Assembly (NCBI GenBank): GCA_046757025.1
Contig: JBHHXN010000074.1
Location: 1 to 24,100 of the forward strand
Length of the DNA: 24,100 nucleotides
Source of the DNA: a bacterium
GTDB lineage: Bacteria > Zhuqueibacterota > Zhuqueibacteria > Oceanimicrobiales > Oceanimicrobiaceae
Direction of reading: 5' to 3'
Numbering within the stretch: position 1 is the stretch's first letter; each line of letters opens with the position of its first letter. Made by a program: the position numbers and the translations under genes. Below, in pieces: positions 1 to 7,699 of this stretch. The notes beneath the pieces are model-generated. The model saw only the letters and a list, made by a program, of their open reading frames with translations, did not search any database and had not been told where the DNA came from.

Positions 1-16
1 TGTCCTTTGAATCGGG

Positions 17-42
17 AGACTCCTGCATTCGCAGGAGTGACA
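17..42. repeat. REP-like palindrome (GATTCC..GGAATGAC-type right arm)
   Basis: Perfect hairpin ACTCCTGC-ATTC-GCAGGAGT (19-38) followed by GACA; same architecture as the arms at 227-245 and 358-417. Confidence 0.6.
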
Positions 43-155
43 CCTGAATAGTTACTTTTTCTTTTAAAATATGCCCGAACTGAGCGATTGACAACAGAGG
101 GAATTTCGGTGTTCAAGCTTTAGAGCCTGTAAGATAACACACAAATCTCCTGCTC

Positions 156-245
156 TGTCCTGCCCCGCCTTGCGGGGCAGGCGGTAGGAATCTTTTTAGT
201 TGAACGAAAGGCGCTGTTTATTGAAAAGATTTTTCCAGAATGACA
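156..245. repeat. Degenerate TGTC..GGAATCT / AGATT..GAATGACA REP dimer containing a GC-rich 10-bp hairpin
   Basis: TGTC (156-159), perfect hairpin CCTGCCCCGC-CTT-GCGGGGCAGG (159-181), GTAGGAATCTTTT (184-196), and inverted counterpart AAAAGATT...CAGAATGACA (224-245). Confidence 0.55.
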
Positions 246-357
246 TTCAATAGGTTTTGGTTTTTAATCAGCGCTTAGACTTTTTACACAGTCTCTTTTG
301 CTTGCTGGGCAGAGGGGATAGAACGGTGATAATCTTGGGTGAAAACAGTATTTCCAA

Positions 358-417
358 TGTCATTCACGCGAAAGCGGGAATCTATAAGCTGCTGTTTTTT
401 AATGGATTCCGGCTTTC
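358..417. repeat. TGTCATTC-type REP dimer, right arm incomplete
   Basis: Left arm TGTCATTCACGCGAAAGCGGGAATCTA (358-384). Right arm TGGATTCCGGCTTTC (403-417) matches the reverse complement of the left arm at 13/15 positions and then stops matching. Confidence 0.7.
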
Positions 418-420
418 AGC

Positions 421-591
421 ATGGAACAGGCGACGTTCGAGGCAGGGAACTATGCGAATCTTGCGTTGGCCGTGTTCGCGGTCATAGGGCTCACGACGAA
501 ACGGGCGTCTGTCCAGTGGGCTTCTGCCGCCACGTTCGGGTTTGTCATTGTGTGGGCCAGCGTCTTCGTTTGGACCGGCGGTTCGCTCTAG
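421..591 (+). CDS. Small two-TM hydrophobic ORF (56 aa), probably the 3' part of an integron cassette gene
   Basis: Manual translation MEQATFEAGNYANLALAVFAVIGLTTKRASVQWASAATFGFVIVWASVFVWTGGSL*: two hydrophobic segments separated by TTKR. The TAG stop lies 22 nt before the attC R'' box. No SD sequence; in-frame TAA at 400-402. Absent from the supplied ORF track (shortest listed ORFs are 60 aa). Confidence 0.5.
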   Translation: MEQATFEAGNYANLALAVFAVIGLTTKRASVQWASAATFGFVIVWASVFVWTGGSL

Positions 592-613
592 CGTGGACCG
601 TAGGCCGCAGACC

Positions 614-680
614 GCCCAACAAGCCCGTGAAGCAGACGAGCGCGGTTTCGCCGACTACCGCTTACTGGCAGACGTTAGCT
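614..680 (+). mobile_element. attC: Integron attC recombination site (solitary in this window)
   Basis: R'' GCCCAAC (614-620, RYYYAAC), 5-nt spacer, L'' CGTGAAGC (626-633), central region with a CGG-TTTCG-CCG mini-hairpin, L' GCTTACT (660-666), R' GTTAGCT (674-680). GCCcGT[G]AAGC pairs with GCTTACtGGC with one extra-helical base at 629. Length 67 bp. Confidence 0.8.
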
Positions 681-790
681 CGTGACACCCCACGCATGGG
701 CACCTCGCATGAGAGAGGCATACAGACCAGCACGAACAAGTGGATTAGCAGAAAGTGCCCCCCCTGAATGTTTCCTGAGAGCGGTAGGCT

Positions 791-1864
791 TTATTTGTTT
801 TCAGAGCGAGCGGCTTTCAATCGGCGATTTATTTTTGCCAGACGGATGAGCAGGGTTTCGAGCTGTTGGGAATACGTTTCGGGTTTGAGCAAATCTTTTT
901 TCACTTTCAATTCTTCGATGGCTTGCTCCAATTTCAGCTTTTCGATCCCGAGACTGTCCGTAGCGGTGAGGCTGCCGGATTCGGCTCTGTTCAGGGTTTT
1001 TTCCAGCTCTGTAGAAAGCGGACCGAGATAAACGCGACTGGCCCAGCGCCCATCTTTGGCGTCGGTCGGCTCCTGACTGCCTTCGCCATCGCCGTTGTCA
1101 TCCAGCAGGGGATGCTCCGCGCGAATCTGACGTTTTTCTTCAAACCACTGGTCCTGGCTGGTTTTGGCGTACTTAAACGCCTCGAGCATGCTGATGCGGT
1201 TGTCTTTGTTGATGTCGGCGGCGTCGCTTGCCAGCGCTTCTAAAAAGAAGTCGGCAAAATTGGTTTCGTATTTTTCCAGGCCGCTTTTGGTGGCGGTGAT
1301 GAGCACCCGGTGTTCGCCACTCAATTTTTGAATGAACGGACCGCTGGCGCTGGCGGTGTTCACCAGTACGATTTTCTTGCTGGGCAGATTGGCCAGCAGC
1401 TCGCCGAATTCGATATCTTTCAAATCGGGTCCCTTCAAGTTGAACTTGCTAAAGGTACCGTCAAAGGTGCCGTGCCCCACGAGAAAAACGAACAGTTGGT
1501 CCTGCTCGGTCATTTTTCGTTTTAGGTGATAAAATGCCCTGCGAACGTTTTCGCCCGTGGCTGCGTAATCGATACGTAACGAGTCAAAAGCGGGCTCTTC
1601 AAAGAGATAAAGGACGTTGTCCGGCTGGTATTCAAATTTGTTTACCAGCAAATCGACCATTTGACTTGTCTGGGCGAAATATTTCTCCGAGTACTCTTTT
1701 TGACCGCCCATGCCGCCGACCACCAAGGCGTAACGTTCTCCCAGCGAAAAGGCGGTTTGTGCAGTCAATTGATGAGTGAAAAGACACCCGGCCAGCAAAA
1801 TAAATCCCCGCAATGTTTGTGGCATTTTTCTTGTTTGGTGATTTGAAGGATTTTTTCTGTTCAT
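791..1864 (-). CDS. Exported caspase/legumain (C13/C14)-fold protein with Ser at the catalytic Cys position
   Basis: N-terminal hydrophobic signal-like segment, first strand RYALVVG, LFVFLVGHG (His131), LVNTASASG (Ser172), VLITAT, Ca-loop-like DINKDNRIS and DDNGDG, and a C-terminal coiled coil. The ATG overlaps the upstream TAA (TAATG). Confidence 0.75.
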   Translation of the reverse strand: MNRKNPSNHQTRKMPQTLRGFILLAGCLFTHQLTAQTAFSLGERYALVVGGMGGQKEYSEKYFAQTSQMVDLLVNKFEYQPDNVLYLFEEPAFDSLRIDYAATGENVRRAFYHLKRKMTEQDQLFVFLVGHGTFDGTFSKFNLKGPDLKDIEFGELLANLPSKKIVLVNTASASGPFIQKLSGEHRVLITATKSGLEKYETNFADFFLEALASDAADINKDNRISMLEAFKYAKTSQDQWFEEKRQIRAEHPLLDDNGDGEGSQEPTDAKDGRWASRVYLGPLSTELEKTLNRAESGSLTATDSLGIEKLKLEQAIEELKVKKDLLKPETYSQQLETLLIRLAKINRRLKAARSENK

Positions 1865-4146
1865 TACGATAATCCTTTATGTCGCCGAACGAACCATTCC
1901 ACTGTGAGCAGAAAGATGGCGATTAAAAACAGCAGCGGCACGTCCCACAAATCGTGCTCCACTAATTTGGAATAACTGCTGTTTTGAATGGAAATTTCAT
2001 CTGCCAGGATTTTGGCTTCGTCCTGATGATAATATTTCCCTCCGCTTATTTCAGCAAGGCGTTTCAACAGATTAGATTTGAGCTGAGCATGCGAAAACTC
2101 GGTTTTCGATTCTTCCACAAAGAACGCGGTTTCGGTTTTGCCCAAAAATTTACCTGAGGATGAATACGCGCGGATATCCACCAGATGCAATCCTTTTTCC
2201 TGCGGTTGGTAGTTGGCCACGTATTCCACTTTGCCGTTTGACGACCAGTTGAACGGCACCGAGATTACTTTGCCAGAAGGCGTGGTGATGAAGGCTTTTA
2301 TGGTGGCATTTTCCACGGAATTGTAGGTGCTGTCGCGCACATCCACGCTCAGGTGCACCGCTTCGGAAGGGGCGTAGGTGTCCTGATCCAGGCGACCTTC
2401 AATGGGCGAAGGCGAGGACAGCGCCAGCCAGCGCAGCAACTGCCGCCAGAATCTTTCGTGGTTGGTGTCTTCATGGGGCAAGCCCATTTGCCAGAGCCAG
2501 GAGCTGGATGTGGAAAAAACCATGGAGCGGCCGCGGCCAAATCGTTGCTGCGCCATAATGATTTTGGGATTTTCAATTTCGCTCAAAGGATGCACCGCCA
2601 GAATGGTGGCGCCGGGTTTGGCGCGTCCCAGGGGATTGTACCCTTCCAATTCCGGCATGTTTTCCCATTTGGAGCGATTGTCACTTTCGTCGGTGGCCAG
2701 TTGCAGAATGGCGGTGTCGTAGCCCTCCGGTGTGAGCACCAGTTTGAACTTATCCCGAAAAGTGGTGGGCGTGTTTGAGGCGGTGCCGTTGTGGTACGGC
2801 AGCTCGACCGGTAAGATCTTTTCGATGGGGGTGTTGCCGTATCCGCCTTGATTGAACGAATGCACGCCGCCGAGCATCAAAAATCCACCGCCGCGCTGAG
2901 ACACAAATTCCTGGGTGTTGAGAAGCTCTTTCTCACTGAAAAAATCCGCCTCGATGCTACCCAGAATGATGGCGTCGTATTTGAACAGAGCTTCTTTGGT
3001 TTTGGGGTAACCGTCTTTTAGCTCGTTTTGATCTTTGATTCCCTGGCGGTAGAATTTGTCGACGCCGGTTCTGAGCAGCGAAACCAGCTCGATGCTTATG
3101 TCGCCATCCAGCGCCCGCCGCAAATACTTGAACTCGGCGCGCGGGTAGCCTTCAATGTAAAGCACCCTGGCTTTTTTGTGGCGGTTGTCGATCAAAAAGC
3201 TTTTGCTGTTGTTTTCTTTGATGATCTCGTTTTCGCTGGCCACCGCATTCAGCGCGTAGTGTACAAAACCGCGTTTCTGTGGTGAAAATTTCATGGTAAC
3301 GCGGGTGCCGGAGCCGCGGAGCTTTACAACTTGCTTTTTAACCAGGAGGCCTTCTTCCCGCAGCTCAATTTCAACTTCTTTATTTTCAAAGTTATTATTT
3401 TTCACCAGCGCGGAAATCTCAACCACCGAGTTTTCAATGGTGGAATGGTTGGCCGCGACTTTGGCGATTTCGATATCTTTGGAAGTCTCGCTGCCCACGC
3501 CCACCACATAAACGGGTAGATCGCTGTTATTCAAAAGGGCCGCTGTTTCCAGAGGGTCCTGTGCGGTGTTGTTGGCGCCGTCGGTCAACAGCAGCACGCC
3601 GGAAAATCGACCCTGGGAACCGATCTCACCGGCAAATTCCAAACTCGCAGCTAAGTCGGTGATTTCTCCGCCAGCGGTCAGGTGAGCGGTCTGATTGAGC
3701 CGCTCTACTTCGGAGGCAAATTTGTAGGTTTGTACTTTGAAGTTCTTTTTCAACGCTTGTAACAAGCCCGGCTGGTTTGCGTCACCAAGTAATTTTTGCA
3801 CGTAAGCAGAGCGGGATTCACCACCGTTCACGTCTTTGATGCTCATACTTTTGGAATCGTCCACCAGCAGGATCAGAGAACTTTTGCGCGGGATAACGCT
3901 GGTGACTTGAATGATAGGTTCAAACAAAGCCAGAATCAGCAGGCCGAGCACCAGCATTTTTAACCCGAGCAGCATGCCTTTCAGCCACTGAGAAAGCTCC
4001 AGCGTGGTTTTTCGATAAGCAAACCACAGAGAAAGGGCCAGCAGCGCCGTGATGCCAAGCAGGGCGAACAGCGACGGTAAAACATTAAATCCGAAATGGC
4101 CTTCTTTGTAGAGAACGGGAGAAAATTTTAATAAGAATTCAAACAT
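1864..4146 (-). CDS. Membrane-anchored vWA + Ig-like + class I glutamine amidotransferase-like (DUF1355-type) protein
   Basis: Two N-terminal TMs, MIDAS-like VDDSKSM and LLTDG, beta-rich middle part, RVLYIEGYPRAEFKYLRR, GGGFLMLGG, FGRGRSMVF..SWLW, and a C-terminal TM ending EWFVRRHKGLS. Confidence 0.85.
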   Translation of the reverse strand: MFEFLLKFSPVLYKEGHFGFNVLPSLFALLGITALLALSLWFAYRKTTLELSQWLKGMLLGLKMLVLGLLILALFEPIIQVTSVIPRKSSLILLVDDSKSMSIKDVNGGESRSAYVQKLLGDANQPGLLQALKKNFKVQTYKFASEVERLNQTAHLTAGGEITDLAASLEFAGEIGSQGRFSGVLLLTDGANNTAQDPLETAALLNNSDLPVYVVGVGSETSKDIEIAKVAANHSTIENSVVEISALVKNNNFENKEVEIELREEGLLVKKQVVKLRGSGTRVTMKFSPQKRGFVHYALNAVASENEIIKENNSKSFLIDNRHKKARVLYIEGYPRAEFKYLRRALDGDISIELVSLLRTGVDKFYRQGIKDQNELKDGYPKTKEALFKYDAIILGSIEADFFSEKELLNTQEFVSQRGGGFLMLGGVHSFNQGGYGNTPIEKILPVELPYHNGTASNTPTTFRDKFKLVLTPEGYDTAILQLATDESDNRSKWENMPELEGYNPLGRAKPGATILAVHPLSEIENPKIIMAQQRFGRGRSMVFSTSSSWLWQMGLPHEDTNHERFWRQLLRWLALSSPSPIEGRLDQDTYAPSEAVHLSVDVRDSTYNSVENATIKAFITTPSGKVISVPFNWSSNGKVEYVANYQPQEKGLHLVDIRAYSSSGKFLGKTETAFFVEESKTEFSHAQLKSNLLKRLAEISGGKYYHQDEAKILADEISIQNSSYSKLVEHDLWDVPLLFLIAIFLLTVEWFVRRHKGLS

Positions 4147-4200
4147 CGATTGTAGTTAATTTATTTTAATGATTGCGGATGGTGTTTTTAGCAACCGTAC

Positions 4201-7200
4201 CTATTTTGTTTTTGAAAGCGCTTCATAATATTTCTGTACCAGCTCCACGTATTCCGGCGGAATTTTTTCGTCTTTTGCCAGGAACAATTTTTCTCTGTTT
4301 TGCATGAGCTCCACTTTTTGCGCCAGCTCGGATTCAAAACCCTTGAGTGGAATTAACACCTGGGCTTCGATGAGCTTCAAGCGATTTTCGTCGCCGCCGG
4401 TAAACGTGCGCAAGATACGCTGCATGTTTTGGTTGATGCGGTTGGCTTGCCGGGCCAGGGAAGTGTCCACTTGTGTGGAGTTTTCAATGAATTCCAATTC
4501 CTGCAGTCCCCGGGCCAGCTCCTCATTCAGCCAGTCTAATTTGCGCGGATCGAGATCCTGATCCGGTTTGCGGTTTTCACCGGGGCCGGCGCGTCTGGCT
4601 TGCGCGTTCTCCCTATTTTGCCCGGAATTTTGATTTTCCTCGGATGCCGCTCGGTTGAGCTCCTGTGCCTGCCTTTGAATGGCTTCCAATTTTTCACGCA
4701 GTTTGCGAGTCTGGTTGAGCGCCAGGTCCAACTTTTCCTCTTCCGAGTCCGCGAAACGACTCTGCATACGAGTGAATTTGTCCTGCATTCTTTCCAGCAT
4801 GTTTTTAATGTCGCGCTCCGCTTGCAGTGCAGAGTTTAATCGGTTCTTGGCTAGCATATCTTCGGCGCTGTCCATTTTCCGTTCGATTTTGGCGTTTTCC
4901 AGTTCCTGTGAAAATTTATGGAGATGCCGCGTGGCTTCGTTTTTGGATTTGCCGGCACTGTCCGAAAGGTTCTTTATCTTTTCCTTCAGCGCTGCGTAAT
5001 CCTGTTTGACTTTCAGCTGAGCTTGCTGTGCTTGGCTTTTTTCTTTCTCGGTACCTTGCTGGTTTTTAGTCATTTCTTCAACATCTTTGGTGAGCTTTTT
5101 TTGAGAATTGGCCAGCCTCTGAAATTGTTTGTCGATGGAATCAAACTGCCTTCTCAGGGATTCTTTCTGATTTTTCTCCAGTAATTTTTCCAGTTGTTTC
5201 AGGCGATTTAATGCCTGCTGGCCTTTGGCCGCCGCTAAATCGGTGTTTTGCTGCCGAAGATTTTTAGAGGAGTTGTTCATTTCCGAAGAGGAGCGTCGTA
5301 AGTTCTCCTGGATGTCTCTGGACAAGCTGCGGTTTTGCTGCCCTGACTGCTGCATTTTGCGCGCAAGCTGTTGAGTCTCTCGACGCATTTCTTCCTGCAG
5401 CCGGCGCAGCTCCTGAATTTGTCGACGTTTTTCTGCTGGCGGCAGCTTCTTTTTAGCCAGGTTGCGCAATTTTTGATTGACTTGCTGCTGACGCCGCGCC
5501 AGCTCTTTCACTTTTTCCAGAGCCTCATCAACTTGTTGGTCCGCCTGTTTCTGCAGATTGTCACGCGCCGACTCATATTTGTTTTTGAGCTTATCCATTT
5601 CATCTTCGAAAAGCTGTGCCAGCTCATCGAGGGTGGCGCGGTTGCTAGCGCCCTGAGCTTGCGCCTGCTGCAATTGCAATTCGGTCATTTGCGCTTCCGC
5701 CCGCAGTAAACTCTGCAGGGATTCCCTTTCCGGCGTCTGAGCTTCCTTTAATCTTTTTGCCTGCAATGCTACCACAGCCCGGCCCATGGCTTCCACCGCG
5801 TCTGAGTAAAATTCGGTGATGTTGCCTTCGTTGTTGCGCGAGAAAAACGACCGTTGTTGAATTTGGTAAAGGGTATTTTGGGTGACTTCCTGCAGGTTTT
5901 CCTGACTTTCTACCAGCACGTCCACACTTTCCTGAAATTTTTCCGGAGTGAGCATGTCTTTTTTTCGAAACAGCTTCCAGGTTGCCACCATGATGTCTTT
6001 TTGTGTTTGTGACAACCGGCCGCCGGGTCCGCTCATGCCGGCCATTTGACCCTGAGATACTGGTCGCAGGAAATCTTTTTCAAACGGCCGGATTTCCAGA
6101 AAGAAAATCTCGGAAGTCACCGGCGCCATGTTGGCTGCGTGGTTGTTGTCGTTGGCCTGTACATAGTAAGTTACAAAGTCGCCGGGCTGAACCTGCATGT
6201 CCTCCAGAAAGAAATCGTAATGGGCGCTGAATTCCTGAATTTCCTCGAATGAAACCTGTTTAGAAGATTTCAGGTTTTTGTCGATGGGCAGGCTGACAGT
6301 TTGGTCCTCTCCGCCGCTGACGGTGTAAATCAATTTCAGATCCGCCAGCCCATAATCATCCTGGATACTCACGCGGATGGGCACTTCTTCCAGCATGGTG
6401 ACTTTCAGGTCGCGGCCGGGCTCTTGCAGAGAAAGTGTGGGCGGTTGATCCGGCATGGCGTGCACAAAGTACTCCAAGGGCAAGTTGCTCAAACCATCCA
6501 GATCCGTGATCAAAATCTTGTAGTACGTGTCGTGCGTCACTTTGAGGGAAGCGGTCACCACCGTATCCTGTCTCACTGTGGTTGGCAGTTTTTTACCTTC
6601 GCCTACCAGCACCAAGCCTTCTTTGAGCGGTTTGTCGGTGATGGCGGTAATCCGCACCACCGAGCCTTCCGGCGCCCAGATGTCGCCGCTGTCCATCTCT
6701 TTTTTAGGACGCAGGCCGGTGTAGTCTGGAAAACGGTAGTACAAGTCCACACGTTTGATGGCGGGTGCGTCGTACAGATTTACGGTGTAAATTTCAGAAA
6801 GCTGTTCCTCGGCTTTTACGTAGTATTTGGTGGGTTGCTGCAAATCAAAAAAATTGTAAACAAACGTGTTGGGCTCCTTAGTCCGGTCCATGGCGATTTT
6901 GTTCCACAGAGAATCGTTCGTGGTGTAATATAAAACCATCTCTTCCGAATCAAATCCGCTGATTTCGGCTTTGATTTCCTGGGCAGAACCGCGGGGCAAT
7001 CGCACGTTTCCGGGTGTGACCTCCAAACTTTTACCCAATTTGATATCCGGTATGGACCACGGTTTGAAAAGCCGGTTGGATTTGAGCGTGATGAAATCCA
7101 GATTTGAAATCGCCAGCGCACTCAGAAAAACACAAACCGTCAACGCCAGGCTGCTCCAGGCGATGGCGGTGCGGGCGTGAATTTCTTTCGGCAGGTTCAT

Positions 7201-7605
7201 CGGTTCGATGTGAAAACGCGTGTCCTCCAGCAGCTTGTTGAGGATCTGAGCGGAAATCCGGGGATCGTCGGCGCCTCCTAACTCCACCGCGCTCACCAAC
7301 CGATCTTCCAATTCCGGATGCCTTTCTTCAATATAGCGTGCGATCTGATTGGCGGACGGCGCTCGCCGCAATGGTCGCAGCAATTCTCTGTAAAACAACA
7401 TCAAAAACACCGCTGCGCTCACCAGCAGCATCGCCAGTCGAATGGAATTGTTCAGCACAAAAAACGTGTCCAGCGCAAACGCCAGCAGCAAGGTGCCGAT
7501 AAGCGTGAGCAGCACTTTTGCACCGCCGCGGATCAATATCAACTTCCGCCAGCGGCGAAAGACTTGCGTGATTCTTTCTTGCAGTATTTTATGTTGAAGA
7601 TTCAT
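4201..7605 (-). CDS. DUF4175-like membrane protein with Ig-like domains and a very long coiled coil
   Basis: 1134 aa; three N-terminal TMs around ARYIEERHPELEDRLVSAVEL, beta-rich domains (DDYGL, YYVQAND), about 500 aa of Q/E/K/L-rich helix, and C-terminal IPPEYVELVQKYYEALSK. Confidence 0.8.
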   Translation of the reverse strand: MNLQHKILQERITQVFRRWRKLILIRGGAKVLLTLIGTLLLAFALDTFFVLNNSIRLAMLLVSAAVFLMLFYRELLRPLRRAPSANQIARYIEERHPELEDRLVSAVELGGADDPRISAQILNKLLEDTRFHIEPMNLPKEIHARTAIAWSSLALTVCVFLSALAISNLDFITLKSNRLFKPWSIPDIKLGKSLEVTPGNVRLPRGSAQEIKAEISGFDSEEMVLYYTTNDSLWNKIAMDRTKEPNTFVYNFFDLQQPTKYYVKAEEQLSEIYTVNLYDAPAIKRVDLYYRFPDYTGLRPKKEMDSGDIWAPEGSVVRITAITDKPLKEGLVLVGEGKKLPTTVRQDTVVTASLKVTHDTYYKILITDLDGLSNLPLEYFVHAMPDQPPTLSLQEPGRDLKVTMLEEVPIRVSIQDDYGLADLKLIYTVSGGEDQTVSLPIDKNLKSSKQVSFEEIQEFSAHYDFFLEDMQVQPGDFVTYYVQANDNNHAANMAPVTSEIFFLEIRPFEKDFLRPVSQGQMAGMSGPGGRLSQTQKDIMVATWKLFRKKDMLTPEKFQESVDVLVESQENLQEVTQNTLYQIQQRSFFSRNNEGNITEFYSDAVEAMGRAVVALQAKRLKEAQTPERESLQSLLRAEAQMTELQLQQAQAQGASNRATLDELAQLFEDEMDKLKNKYESARDNLQKQADQQVDEALEKVKELARRQQQVNQKLRNLAKKKLPPAEKRRQIQELRRLQEEMRRETQQLARKMQQSGQQNRSLSRDIQENLRRSSSEMNNSSKNLRQQNTDLAAAKGQQALNRLKQLEKLLEKNQKESLRRQFDSIDKQFQRLANSQKKLTKDVEEMTKNQQGTEKEKSQAQQAQLKVKQDYAALKEKIKNLSDSAGKSKNEATRHLHKFSQELENAKIERKMDSAEDMLAKNRLNSALQAERDIKNMLERMQDKFTRMQSRFADSEEEKLDLALNQTRKLREKLEAIQRQAQELNRAASEENQNSGQNRENAQARRAGPGENRKPDQDLDPRKLDWLNEELARGLQELEFIENSTQVDTSLARQANRINQNMQRILRTFTGGDENRLKLIEAQVLIPLKGFESELAQKVELMQNREKLFLAKDEKIPPEYVELVQKYYEALSKTK

Positions 7606-7699
7606 TGCAATTTCTCATTAGATTAGGCTCTCACATGTCCATTTTTATTTCATCATGAATGACCTTGCCTGTATTGATGGCCCGTCATGCACGAAATGA

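Noticed and set aside
123..295. Possible MITE with ends GAGCCTGT.. / ..TTTTTACACAGTCTC
   Set aside because: Only about 10/15 match between the ends and no clear target duplication; suggestive of IS-like termini but not supportable.
257..767. ORFs 257..487 and 339..767 from the ORF track
   Set aside because: They run across REP elements, the compositional junction and (for 339..767) the attC site, and their composition is not protein-like. The third frame (421-591) explains the region better.
696..790. Start of a second cassette gene after the attC (ATG at 696 or 709)
   Set aside because: The frames are short or run antisense into the operon's last gene, with no recognisable product; not called as a CDS.
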